Positions 14,703 to 27,998 of a stretch of 64,000 nt of DNA are shown piece by piece; positions within the stretch are counted from its first letter, which is position 1; every line of letters starts with the position of its first letter. This DNA comes from the human T2T-CHM13v2.0 reference genome, Homo sapiens. The stretch lies in assembly GCF_009914755.1 (NCBI RefSeq), contig NC_060928.1. One strand, 5' to 3'. The notes beneath the pieces were generated by a model, which saw nothing but the letters and a program-made list of their open reading frames with translations, had not been told where the DNA came from and ran no database searches. The position numbers and the translations under genes were made by a program.

Positions 14703-15467
14703 GTTAACATTTTTTTAAATTTATAAATCACCAAACATTAGAATGTCCTATTTTTTCAAAACATAGTGTAATCCTGTCTTTTGTAGATATGCAATACAAT
14801 TTTAGAATGTATTCACATGCAAAATAAGTTATCTTTTACAGAAAAATTCTGTATATATACTTTGTAAAGGTTATTTTGTAACCTAAAATTTAAAAATGGC
14901 TTGTGTCTGTTACAAAGTGTTTTTTTACTAAAAATGTTACTGGCAATTTTAACGTCAATGACATTTAAAAAAACTATAAATAAGACTGAAATCTAGAAAA
15001 ATATTTGGAAAACATATTCAGAATGAGTTAGGATAGGCTAGGTTTCATTGTTAAAAAAAGCTCAACAAATTAATGAAATGGCTATTTCTCACTCATGTCA
15101 CATATAGCAAGGCTCTTTGCTAGTTGTAGTCTAGTAGAGCACAAGACCAGTAGAAGCTCCACTTTGGAACTTTCTTTCACAATTTCCTAGCTAATATGAA
15201 AAGAATGTTGTGAATTATATGCTGGATCTGAGAGATGTAACTTCAAATTATTGCATGGCATTTAAACATGTATTTTACTAGTTCAAAGTAAGCTATATGT
15301 TTACATCTAATGTAATAGTGTGTCAGAAAACATAATCCTACCATGTAATAAAAAATTTTTGAGTAAGACTAATGGTTTATATACCTATAGGAAAGATCAC
15401 TAATTGATTAAATGTTTGGAAAGTCATGTAATAATATATATAATAAAATCTCTAAAATATCGAGGTA

Positions 15468-15770
15468 TGTCAGGCATGGTGGCTTATAGCTATAATCCTG
15501 GCACTTTGGGAGGCTGAGGTGGGAAGATAGAGTGAACCAAGGGGTTTGAGACAAGCCTTAGCAAAATAGGGATACCCTGTCTCTACAAAGAATTAAAAAA
15601 TATAGCTGGCTGTGATGGCTTGTGCCTGTAGTCCCAGCTACTCAAGAGGCTGAGGTGGGAGGATTGCTTGAGCCTGGGAGGTCAAGGCGGCAGTCAGCAT
15701 GATTGCATCACTACATTCTAGCCTGGGTAACAAAGCAAGACTTTGTCGCAAAATTAATAATAATAAAAAC
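15468..15770 (+). mobile_element. AluJ
   Basis: AluJ diagnostics 'gggaggattgcttgagcctgggaggtcaaggc'; high divergence. Confidence 0.93.
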
Positions 15771-15999
15771 AAAATAACGTGCGTATTCAACACATTATTT
15801 TTAGGGCATTAATCCGAGGGAGAAATAATTAAATAAATATACAGACATTTTAGTACAATCCTCATTATTAATAATAACAATATAAGATCTGATATTATAT
15901 TGTTGAATAAACAATGGAATGGCTGGATAAAATGTGACATGTTTGCACATTGAAAAATTGTGTTTTTATCCCCAGGGAAAGTAGCAGATTAAATAATGT

Positions 16000-17200
16000 A
16001 TCTGATTCTGTCATTGAAAATGCCCATTAAATCCATGAAAACTTCAGGAAAACTTTAAATCTATGAAAGTATGAAAATATATGAATGTCTGATATCTGAC
16101 TTGCAAACCCCCAAAAAGCTGGATTTAATATGTCTATGGAGAAAGATGACAACAAAACAATTCAAATGACAGAATTCTTAAAAATGCCCAAGAATTTGGA
16201 GTACCATGTTTCACTCCAGTGGAAATTAAAAGGTATCAGGGCAAAGTAAAGAAGATTAGATGACAATCTGAGAAGCAGTTATATACTTAGATAACCTCTC
16301 TAAATCTATAGCACAAGGTAGGAAGTTTTCCTCCACCTAGAAAGAGATCCAGAGAATAATTCTCTACAAATGATAAAATGTACGGTGTCTGAATTGGTGA
16401 ATGCTAAGAGATTTGAGAGCATAAGGGATTTACTAAAAACTGGGAGATGGAGGTAATTAATACTATTGAATGCAGAAAACTGGCCCTCTTCTTCTATCTA
16501 CTATCCAGAACACTTTAAAAGGAGCCTAGAAGACTCTTTTTGGAAAACTAAAGAGCAAAGACTGAAATACTGGCTTCTCATTTTGGTATACACCAAAAGC
16601 AACTGAAATCATTATCCAGTAAAACTCAACAGTCAGCAAGTCTAACAGATACACTTTGAGCTTCCAATCTTATGTTTAGTCCCTCATTCTTAATCATGAA
16701 CAGATACTGAAAAATTATATATTTTTAGAAAACTTGTAACATGGAAAATTAAAAACTCAAGCAAATGAGAAAAAAGAAACAGGAAATTCAAGGTTATATA
16801 GGGTGACAAAACTGCAGAAAATGTTCACTAATATGAGTGATAAGAGAAGAAATAGCATTGTTTAAATAGAACAACATACTATAGTAAATATATTCTGGAA
16901 AAGAAAAAATAACTGTGAAAAATGAAAACATAATAGCAGAAATTGGAACACTTCCAATTGAAGTTCTGTAATAAAAGTTGAAAATTGTTCAAGGCAGTAA
17001 AGCAGAAATAAAATGTGATGGAAAGTAGAAAAGGTAAGATACAGCAATTAGAAGACAGTGTCCAAAAATAGGAGTGCAAAAAAAAAGAGAAAAAATAGAG
17101 AAAACAAGTAGAATGAAATCACAAAATAGTGCAGAAAAACTATCAAAACTAATATGAGTTACCAGATGAAAAGAGCCCACACAATACAAAGCAAGATTAG
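16000..17200 (+). mobile_element. Ancient L1M/HAL1 5'/ORF1-like remnant
   Basis: Purine-rich degenerate ORF1-like tract ('aaacataatagcagaaatt', 'ataaaagttgaaaatt', 'aattagaagacagtgtcc'). Confidence 0.45.
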
Positions 17201-17207
17201 TAACATT

Positions 17208-17274
17208 CTATGTATCTATCTATGTATTTATGTATCTATGTATCTATTATTGTATCTATCTATCTGATCTATCT
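17208..17274. repeat. (TATC/TATG)n microsatellite
   Basis: Imperfect tetranucleotide run. Confidence 0.8.
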
Positions 17275-17504
17275 GAAACTGGTTCTAGTGACTAGACAAC
17301 ATATTGTTTAACACCCTAGAGTAAGCAGTGAGTCTGCATAGACAATCAAGCACAAAGAATAAAGTAGCTTTCCTTAAGTGTCATACTCCTACTCTTCAAA
17401 ATTAGTGGTTACATTTCAAAAATGTACTAATAGACTTTTATGCTACACTTTTTTTTCATCTTAAGGAAAACTAACTGAAGGAACATTTTAAAATACGTTT
17501 TCCC

Positions 17505-17900
<396 letters not shown>

Positions 17901-17931
17901 TTATAATTTTTTAAATTTTTTTCAGTAACAG

Positions 17932-18533
17932 TGTTGCAGTCTCCTTAGTCCTTAGTTCAGCTAGGTCAGAGTTCTTGTCCCACAACCAAGAAGAATGAGG
18001 CATGTGGACACTGGAGAGTAAGTAGAATAGGATTTATTAAGCAAAAGGAAAGCTCTCACCAAAGATAAGGGGCCTGAAAGAAGGTTGTCAGAAACAGGGC
18101 TGAGTTCTGCTGTGTCCTTCTTGTGGCAGAAGCCAGGAAGTCTTTTGTGGGAGGAGTAAAGTTCCCTCCAAGGGATGTTGAATCTGTGCATGCCTGGGGT
18201 TGGCCAGAGTGACTCCATTTTGGTTATTACCCATTGGTGCCTAAGTGAAACCCATAGTGGAGCAAAAACCACAATGCTAATGTCACATTAATGTCATTAT
18301 AATGAGCTGGGTCAAGTTAAGGACATTTAGGTTGATTTATTGTTCCTGAGCCAAAGTTGGGACAGTCCCTTCTGAGCAATGTCCTGGCACAAGGGGAAGT
18401 TCTTAACTACATTAACAGAAGGAGTGTAGGTGCTGTTCTGAGGTTGTTCCTGTGAAGATTGCTTTTCTCTGTCCTTCTCCCGAGACCCTCCCTCTCTCTC
18501 TGCCTAACCAGCCTCTAACTGCTTCCTCTCTCA
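17932..18533 (-). mobile_element. ERV1 solo LTR
   Basis: TG...CA termini, exact 4-bp TSD ACAG (17928-31, 18534-37), minus-strand AATAAA near 18033. Confidence 0.88.
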
Positions 18534-18598
18534 ACAGTACCCTAAGCCAATTGCATCAGATACCTGATTTAGCACACTGATTAAAAGGAATGAACTGT

Positions 18599-18786
18599 AG
18601 TCAGGTTCAGTGGCTGGCACTTTTACTCCCAGTCACTTGAGAGGCTGAGGCAGGAGGATCACTTAAGCCCACAAGTTTGAGGCTGCAGTGAACTCTTATC
18701 ATGGGACTATGCTTCAGTCTGGGCAGCAGGTGGGACCCTATCTCTAAAAATTAAAAATAAAAACAGAAAAATTTAAATAAAAAGAA
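18599..18786 (+). mobile_element. Alu monomer (FAM/FRAM-type)
   Basis: Single right-arm-like monomer with A tail; TSD GAATGAACTGTA on both sides. Confidence 0.85.
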
Positions 18787-19429
18787 GAATGAACTGTATT
18801 TAATTCTCTAGAGTTATTAGGAATACAGCTGTTGCTAGGTAAAGGAATGAATGAACAGCAACACTGCTCCACCAGAGCAATGGAGACATCAGCTATTATA
18901 TGTGAAAGATTAGCACCCTAACTTTAATTTATATAGAACCACTTTAGAACTTTTACACTATATGAAACATTCATTTATACTTTATAGCTCTAATTTCAAT
19001 ATGTGCTTACTCAAAATTAATGGCTGAAATAAAGTCATGTGAGATTATATTTTTAGAAAATACATTACCAAAATCTGTATTTTTGAGCATGAACAGGCAT
19101 GTTAAACCCATGATTCAAAAATGGTCTTAAAGCTTAGCATACCTTAAAATGTTTTGATCTTTCAAAATAGTACCCATTCATTTTCACAATATATAGAGTC
19201 AAATTTTATTTTATAAATGACATGAAGAAAGTATAAGTAAAACACTTATATCTTTTTTAAAAAGAAATATTTTATAGGATATATTGTAAGTTTATTTTTA
19301 CCTGAAATATAGATATAAAATGATATTAGTAGTTTGGCCAAGTTATTACTCTCCTAATCTGTAAAATATGATTGGCACTAACTATCTGACAGAGCATAAA
19401 TTCTCAGTGGATTGGTATTGCCTCACTTA

Positions 19430-20480
19430 ATATTAAATTTTGCTCTTTTCACTATGAAGAATAATTAATAATACCTGGTTGGTCTTTGGGATTCCAGAGG
19501 CAGTTTATTCCGCACTGGAAAATACTTCGCTAGATCATATGCCCAGTGAAATAAGTTTTCCAGTGGGTTCTGGAAGAGGAAAGTGCTCAGTCTGTGACAA
19601 AAGAAGCTCTGCCACCTAATAATATTGACTAAGTAGACTCAATAATATTAGCTATATTAAGAACTGAAAAAAATGCTGCTGTGAACAGGTTATGGCAAGC
19701 CCAGAAGGAGAAGCAAAACATTGGCTCTTGGGATCCTGAAGCAAGGCTTAGACCATCTGTAGCAGATAATTAAATTCCATTTTCAAAACAACTTTTAACA
19801 TGGTCTGGAAGAAATTAAGCAATTAAACAGTGAACACCAAGTGTCTATGTATTTGTAACTGACCATCAAGTTCTATCCTGGGCACCAAATCATAAATTCA
19901 AGCAGACTCAAGAAGAAATCTATACTATGCTTGGCAGTTGCATATCTGTTTTTAAGTAGGTGAAAAATCAAGGTGCAATGGCAGGGTTCCCAGAAACCAT
20001 GTCATTCACTAATGCTGTAGTAGCAGCACAACCCTCCCTGAGTTCTATGGCCATATGGTTGATCATACGTAACCAGCTGATAGAAAAGAAAAAAGCCTGT
20101 CCTTGGTTTACAGAAGGGTTGGCATGGGATACAAATGTAAGTGGAAGATGTACAGCAGTTGTACTAAGCAACGCTCTTGAAAAGTATGAGGTACGGGAAT
20201 TCCCCTCAATGACAAAGCTTCATATGTTAATCAAATTATCTATTTTATGTAGCACAGGAAGTTAACCAAGATTAAAATATATATGGATACATGTGCTGTG
20301 TTAAATGGCCTAGTTGAATGGTCAGGGGGCCAGAAACAGGAAAATGGGAATATTGGGGACAAGGAGATTTGGAATAGAGGCAAGATAGTAGATATGTGAA
20401 ACTTGAAATAAAGTGTGAAAATCTTTGTATCAGATAGTAATTCCCACTAAAAAAAAATCATCTCAGAAGAGACATCATAA
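19430..20480 (+). pseudogene. ERVL-class internal pol relic (RT connection/RNase H)
   Basis: Translations KKACPWFTEGLA (cf. AWFTDGSA) and IYMDTCAVLNGLVEWSG...IGDKEIWNRG (cf. LYTDSWAVANGLAGWSG...IGDKEIWGRG); stops and frameshifts present. Confidence 0.8.
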
Positions 20481-20894
20481 TTCAACTTCTTCCAATTCTA
20501 CTTCTAGTTCTTATTTTAAAAAATGCATTCAAAATCAGATGGTGGTATTATAAATTTGTATAAGATTGAGGAAAATACTATATTCCATATTATTTTAAAA
20601 TTATTTCTAAGTTTAAATTAAATACTTTACATTGTTCATTGTAATCAGAAACTTACTGAGTTTTCTTCTCGAACTGTGTAAAACCCCTTATATAAAATAG
20701 TTGTTTATAGTATGTGTTTCTATCTCTCCCTTGTTCCTTGTTCAAAAAATAACGTGTTTTTGAATTATATTGGATATGACTGCATAGTGTGTGGGAGGTG
20801 ATAAATGATAATATAAAATCATTCTTTGCACTATCCAGGTAATAGTTTAGAAAAATCAGTTCCTCCAAATTTGTTTATTCAAGCAATAAAATGT

Positions 20895-21430
20895 ACATTA
20901 ATTCAGCCATTAAATTAAAAAGTTACTTAACACCTACTATGTGACAAAACTCATACTAGGCACAAGATATTTCCAAGAGAGATTCCCATGGAGTCTATAC
21001 TTCTCATATTTGATGTCAAGATTAGGAAACTTATGAGTAACCAAGGTATATTAATATAATGTCATAAGTGATATGACAGTGGGAACATGGCACGGGAACA
21101 TGTTTGGAGAAGGACTTACACCAAGTCTGAAGGCTTAACGTTAAGGGCTAAAACATATATACAAATTAGTCAGATGAAGACTAGGGCAACATGTTTAGAC
21201 AGAAAGCTTAGTGGGGAGGGGGAGCAGCATGCTTAGGCAGGAAATTGAACACAAGTTAAGACGGCGAGATTGGGGCATGCAAATAAAAAGTGGAAGATGC
21301 TGAGAAGTTTGAAGAAAGGATGGATGAGAAGCATTTCCAAAAAAGATTTTTCTTATAACGTAAAAAATATTATACCTCAAAGAGGAGTAGTAATGAAGGG
21401 ATTTAAGCTGGGAAATGACAGATATGAGTT
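20895..21430 (-). mobile_element. L2 fragment
   Basis: 'ttacttaacacctactatgtgacaaaactcatactaggcac', 'aagggatttaagctgggaaatgaca' match the reverse L2 3' region. Confidence 0.65.
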
Positions 21431-22030
21431 TTAAAAATGTTCTTATTTGTTACATGTATTTCGTCTTCAAATTCACTAATCATTTTAGTTTTCTTCTCAT
21501 GCAACTTGATTTAAGTGTTGAGCAGTAAGTCCACAAAATTGTCAAATACTCCAATTATGTTACTGGTAAAGCCACCTACTAATCCCTAGGCTGTTTTTGT
21601 GACTTTAGCAATTATCTAAGAGAGCATATAAATTTGTGGTTTACTTTTCATAAATAAAAGATACAGTTTTGTGTCCTTAATATTTGACAAGCACATCTTC
21701 CAGGATTTGGAGATTGGCAGTAAACAGGACATACTATCCCTGCTTTCAAAGACATAACCTAAAATATAAAAAATAGTGAAAATTGATCGTTGCTCAAATG
21801 AAATTTCAGTATAAACAATATGTTAGTCCTGATTTAAATTATTTTCTCTTTTGCCGTGCACTAAAGACACAGAGTATCTCAATATCTTAAAATGCTGAAT
21901 GGTTTTGTTTCTGCTGACATATGAGGGATCTTTGAATAGACACAGTAGTAAGTTTAGACCTCTGTAGGCTCTTCTCACTGTAGGATCCATGGGCTCCTTC
22001 TATGCCCACCTTGTAGGGCTTTCAGTGATG

Positions 22031-22777
22031 TGAAGGCTGTGACACTGACTTTGCCATTGGGAAGTGCAGGAATCCGTGATTCTTAGTCTCACTTGGAGAA
22101 AGAATCATCCAAGTGACTGATTTAGCCAAAAAAAGAAAATTTATTGAAAGAAAATCTAGAGCAGAGAGTTTATTTAGAGCGACAGTACACTCTGAAGACA
22201 TGAAACAGAGTGGGATGCTGAAGAGAAATGAGCCAGCAGCAGCAGCCCGAAAAGTTCCTTGTTGAGTTTTCATGATGTCGCATTGTTTCTTGAAATTCCC
22301 ACCTCTGTCTTGTCTCTGCCTTTTTTCTTTGTCTAGATTTTCCACTTCTGTCTAAATCCCCTCCTTGTCCCCACCTAGTTCCGACCCCAAGCTTGGTAAT
22401 TAATTAGTTGGTGTGCATGTGCTGGCCAGTGCTGGATACGAATCTACCAAATGGTTGCATTGCTCGTTAATGTCATACCAGGAAGGTTGTACAGTGCAGA
22501 AATCTATACTTATTGCCTATGTATTTCCTAGGAACTTCCTCGTTTGCCCTTTCTCCTTATCAACATGTACCCTAGCTACATTCTGACAGGTTATCTGCAG
22601 TGTGAATGATTACTGGCCATCTTAAGGCGCATTTCTTTCTTAGGTGTTTTCCTTCCTCTCTGCTTATATTCGGCATGCATATTTCAGGTGATCTCGGAGG
22701 TGTGAGATTTTCCAGACCTCCCTTGTCTCAGGGTCTCCTCTCTCCTGCTTGTGTCTGGCTATCTGCCTACTTTAACA
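22031..22777 (-). mobile_element. ERV1 (MER4-group) solo LTR
   Basis: Minus strand starts TGTTAAAGTAGGCAGATAGCCAGAC; poly(A) signals (tttatt) near 22140 and 22168; left boundary approximate. Confidence 0.8.
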
Positions 22778-25597
22778 ATGTTAGTTTGTGGCTGAGTAAG
22801 ACAGCATTCCCGGGTTTCTCATCAAGCCAACTCCTTTGGTGAAGAAGGGTCCTCTTTTCCTTTTAGAAGATTTTTTTTATCATTATTTTAAAGCTCATGT
22901 TAAAGAAGAAAGATAAACCGAAAGTAAATCCTGACTCAACCTGGTTTTTTTGTTGTTGTTGTTTTTCTTTCTTCCTTTTTTTTTTGTAAATTTTCTCCAT
23001 TAGAATATACTTAAAATTAGAGAAAATTTGAGGATAATATTTTTGTTAACTGAGTCCCTTTGGAATATCAAAAAAATGTGATGTAGAATCATGTCTTCCA
23101 AATGAAAAAATAAGAAAAAAAATACAGTGTGGGGTTATATTATGCCCTATGCCCTATATATTTGCATTGATTGAAAAAGTTGATCCAACTTGAACATGGC
23201 ATTGTCTTTATTTCTAACAAGTCTATTTCTTGTTAGGATTACAAGAAATTGTAATTTCTCCTGATAATCCATTTACAGATACAAGTGCATATTTTATAGG
23301 TACAAGGAGGCACTATTTTTATGTACAATCCACTAGACTATGAGATAGAAGCTACAATCCACTTGATTTCTCTTTGATAATGTATTTCTGGAGGTCAATT
23401 TAAAATTTCATTCTGAATTTGTTTTTGCAAAACTTTTCAGAAATTATTTGTTAAAAAACCCTTGTAATAGGAAGAAAAAAAAACCTTAAATCAATACATC
23501 ACCATGATTCTAAATAAACCCCTAGGATGTTTCACATATTTTAATTTAGGTACATTGATATTATGGCAATAAGATTTATATATTTATATAGATAGTTAGC
23601 TTAAAGAACTATGTTCTCATTTACTAGAACACATGGTTTGATCTTTTTCAAAACATAATAACTATTTTTATTGCCATACTATAATTTTGTTGTCATTAGC
23701 TAACACAAGAGTACAATAGTACTAAAATCTTACACTAAGACTTATTTTTATGTGGTCATAAATTTAGATGTTGAGGTGTTTAATTCACCTAAAATCTTTA
23801 TATTTTGTTATACTTATGTAACAATTATCATTCATATGCCTGAGTCACCTGTTTTGATTTCTGCTATCATGACATTGAAACCAAACTACTGCCAACTATT
23901 TTAATAGCTGGCATCCACCTTTCATATTCTATTTTTTCTCTCTTCTCTTCACATAATCCCAGCAACCAGGATCCCCACAGATACTATATGAAGTCACATC
24001 CTAAATACTTAGATGGTTATGATTTTTTTTTGTTTGTGAATAATACAACAGCCCATATTTTCAGGGGGAAAATACAGGTATTTACAAGACATGTTTCTTA
24101 ATATATTGGAATATTAATTTTGGGATGCGTGACACACCCTTTAAAGACAGTTATTACTTTTTACTTTTTTACTCCATACTGGAATGAGCAGCAGAGCAAC
24201 CCCTTCTCTTATTTTTAAGTCCATCTCCAAACATTTTCTTTCTTGGTTAGATGTGTCATCATCCTTAACTATCGTGTAATGTGTGCACTGGATTGGACAG
24301 CCTGATATGAGTTTTCATTTGGTTTAGTTGATTCAGAATTTACTGTTATTTTTCCTTCTAAACCCAATTTAAAGTAGTCTTGACACTTTGTACAATTGTT
24401 CACAGACTTACCAGTTTTTTGGATAGTGCAATCATCTGAATCTTTTTTTAAAACTGGACTTCATTCTAGCACATTACTATCTTCCCCACCTGACTGGCTG
24501 CATGTTGCCACCACTGTTTATTGTATTCCCCGGGAAGTGGACTGTGGAACCCTAGCAGTGTGATGTTCTACCTATGGTCTACTGATATAAAGTATACAAT
24601 TTCTTAACATCTTGCAGCTATGAGCCTTTGATAATTCTTAGAATAAAAGACACTGTGAACTTAGTACAACCAGAGACAATGTTTACTTCCAGTTTATGTT
24701 TATGGGAACCTATTTTATTTTCCTTATATAATTAACAAAATTGAAACAGAACTCTGTGACACAATGTAAAATATGTGCTTTACAAGTCTACAGTTACTAG
24801 ATTTCTACTTGTAAACATAATTCTGTGTTTTGCTTGTTATTCCTCATACCACTGACCTCAATCTGTGGCCAAAAGTAAAGAGACATTCTTAAAAAGTCAT
24901 TAATCAAAAATAATGGATTTGTAATAAGGAAAGGAGAAAAATTATCCTACTACATTATAGCTTTAATTCATGTTTTACTTGTGGTTGTGACCTAATTTTC
25001 TTCCTTTTTTTCCTCAAATTCCTTAAACATGTATATACCTTCTGCTTTTACTTCCTATCCTTAGAAGCATGTATTTGATTCTCTCTATATATATCTTTCT
25101 CTTAAGGTTTGAAAATTCACTCTTTCAATCATTTTTTTTTTAGGTTTTCTCTATTTCTGGTCTTTCTGTGGAATTTGGGTTATAGGCAAATTGTTGTATT
25201 GGTTAATAGCGTGGATGCTAAGGTGAAAGTAAATGGGTTTATTTTTATTTTTTATTTTAGTATTTATTTGACAGGTGATATTGTGGTTTCATTATGTATC
25301 ACATGATGTTTTGAAGTACATATACATTCCAGAATGGTTAAATCTAGCTAATTAATGAATACATTGCCTCATATAGTTATCATTTGTTTTTTTGGTGAAA
25401 GCACATAACATCCACACTTTTTAAATTTTCCAGAACACAATATGTCATCATTAACTATAGTCACCTTGCTGTACAATAGATCTCTTGAAATAATATTTCT
25501 TCTAACATTAATTATGCATCCTTTGATAAACATCTCCCATGCACTACTCCCTCCTAATTTCCCCAGCTTCTGGCAACAATCATTGACTCTCTCTCTC

Positions 25598-25882
25598 TTT
25601 TTTTTTCTTTGACACAAGGTCTCACTCTGTTGCCCAGGCTGGAGTGCAGTGGTGCAATCATGGCTCACTGAAGCCTCATACTCCTGGGTTCAAGCAATCC
25701 TCCCACATCAGTCTCCCAAGTTGCTGGGACTACAGGTGCATGTCACCATGCCTAGACCCTTTTATAGAGACAGAGTCTAGCTTGGTTGCCCAGGTTAGTC
25801 TCAAACTCCTGAGCTCAAGCAATACTCTCACCTTGTTCTCTCAAAATATTAAGATTACAGGCATTAAGCCACTGCTCCTGGC
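25598..25882 (-). mobile_element. AluJ nested in L1MA
   Basis: 'gtgcaatcatggctcactgaagcctc', 'ctcctgagctcaagcaat'. Confidence 0.9.
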
Positions 25883-26241
25883 TCTAAGTCGTTGAGACCA
25901 ATTTTTTAATATTCCACGTATAAATGAGATCATGGAATAGTTGTCTTTCTGTGCCTGGCTTATTTTACTTAACATTACATCCTCCAGGTTCATTCATGGT
26001 ATTGAAAATGGCAGGATTTCATTTATTTTAAGGATGAATAATATTCCATTAGGTGTATATACCATATTTTCTCTATCCATTAATCCATCAAGGGACATTT
26101 AGGTTGATTTCACATGCTATTGGCTTTTGTGAATGGTGCTATGATAAATGTAGGGGGTGCAGGTATGCCTTTGACATACAGGTTTCAATTCCTTTAGATA
26201 TATACCCAGAAATGGGATTGCTGGATCATGTGATAGTTCTA

Positions 26242-26525
26242 TTTTTTTTTTTTTAGATGGAGTCTCACTCTGTTGTCCAGGCTGGAGTGCAGTGGTGCAA
26301 TCTCAGCTCACTGAAACCTCTGCCTCCTGGGTTCAAGTGATTCTCCTGCCCCAGCCTCCCGAGTAGCTGGGACTACAGGCGCACACCACCACGCCTAGCT
26401 AAATTTTGTATTTTTTAGTAGAGATGAGGTTTCACCATATTGGCCAGGCTGATCTCAAACTCCTGACCTTGTGATACGCCTGCCTCGGCCTCCCAAAGTG
26501 CAGGTGTGAGCCAACACGCCAGGCC
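26242..26525 (-). mobile_element. AluS (Sg-like) nested in L1MA
   Basis: Full reverse Alu with a small deletion near its 5' end; TSD ATA(G/A)TTCTATTTT. Confidence 0.95.
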
Positions 26526-26944
26526 AATAATTCTATTTTTAATTTTTAATTTTAATTTTCTGAGGAATCTTCTTATTTTCCATAATGGCTGTACTAATTT
26601 ACATTCTCACCAACAGTGTGCAAGGATTCTCTTTCTCTGCATCGTTATAAACACTTGTCATCTTTTGTCTTTTTGGTAATGGCCATTTTACCTGGGGTAA
26701 GGTGATATCTCATTGTGGTTTTGGTTTGTATTTCCCTGATGGATTAGTGATGCTAAACATTTTTTTAATATACCTCTTGGCCATTTGTATATCTTACTTA
26801 AAGAAATATCATTTCAGGTATTTTGCACATTGTAAAATCAGGTTATTTGTTTTTGCTATTGAGTTGTTTGTGTTCCTTATATATTTTGGATATTAACCAC
26901 ATGTCAGATGTATAGTTTTCAAGTTTTTGGGAGGTAAGCTAAAT

Positions 26945-27105
26945 AATCATTCTACATCTCAGTTTCCTAAGTGTTAGATGAGGATTATAATACATATAAC
27001 ACAGTGTTTTCTGTAAAGATCATATTTAATGCAATTAAATGCGTAAATGTGTAACAGTATTAATCGTCATATAGCATGTGCTCTAAAACTACTAACATTA
27101 TTGCA
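26945..27105 (+). mobile_element. MIR fragment
   Basis: 'catctcagtttcctaagtgttagatgaggattataata...catatagcatgtgctc'. Confidence 0.65.
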
Positions 27106-27149
27106 TATGACTTCTTCTGAATTCTATAACCTCTCTTTATTCATCTCTG

Positions 27150-27998
27150 TAGTGGTTCCCACAAACAATTTTGCTTCTCAGGGGACAGGTTGCAACGTCT
27201 GGAGACATTTTTATCACAGCTTGGAGGAGGTGTGCTAAATCTGTCATTTAGTAGATAGAGGTCAAAGATACTGCTGTGAAATATCCTACAGTAGATAGAG
27301 GTCAAAGATACTGCTGTGAAATATCCTACAGTAGATAGAGGTCAAAGATACTGCTGTGAAATATCCTACAGTAGATAGAGGTCAAAGATACTGCTGTGAA
27401 ATATCCTACAGTAGATAGAGGTCAAAGATACTGCTGTGAAATATCCTACAGTAGATAGAGGTCAAAGATACTGCTGTGAAATATCCTACAGTAGATAGAG
27501 GTCAAAGATACTGCTGTGAAATATCCTACAGTAGATAGAGGTCAAAGATACTGCTGTGAAATATCCTACAGTAGATAGAGGTCAAAGATACTGCTGTGAA
27601 ATATCCTACAGTAGATAGAGGTCAAAGATACTGCTGTGAAATATCATACAGTAGATAGAGGTCAAAGATACTGCTGTGAAATATCCTACAGTAGATAGAG
27701 GTCAAAGATACTGCTGTGAAATATCATACAGTAGATAGAGGTCAAAGATACTGCTGTGAAATATCATACAGTAGATAGAGGTCAAAGATACTGCTGTGAA
27801 ATATCCTACAGTAGATAGAGGTCAAAGATACTGCTGTGAAATATCATACAGTAGATAGAGGTCAAAGATACTGCTGTGAAATATCATACAGTAGATAGAG
27901 GTCAAAGATACTGCTGTGAAATATCATACTGTACATAGGATGGTTTCAAAAAAACTTATCTAGCCTAAAATGTTAATAGTGCCAAGATGAAAATACTG
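27150..27998 (+). mobile_element. MER20 (hAT-Charlie) DNA transposon containing a VNTR
   Basis: 'tagtggttcc..aattttgcttctcaggggaca..gtctggagacattttt' left of the array and 'aaaatgttaatagtgccaagatgaaaatactg' right of it match the two halves of MER20. Confidence 0.88.
27251..27930. repeat. Minisatellite/VNTR, 17 x 40 bp
   Basis: Unit GTAGATAGAGGTCAAAGATACTGCTGTGAAATATC(C/A)TACA; one internal variable position. Confidence 0.99.

Larger units (their letters stand above)
25237..26925 (-). mobile_element. L1MA-type 3' end with two nested Alus
   Basis: Reverse 3'UTR 'tagtcaccttgctgtacaatagatctcttgaa' and ORF2 C-terminal 'ttccataatggctgtactaatttacattc'. Confidence 0.88.

Noticed and set aside
27251-27930. 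CRISPR-like array
   Set aside because: Units are head-to-tail with no unique spacers, there are no cas genes, and the unit derives from a eukaryotic MER20.
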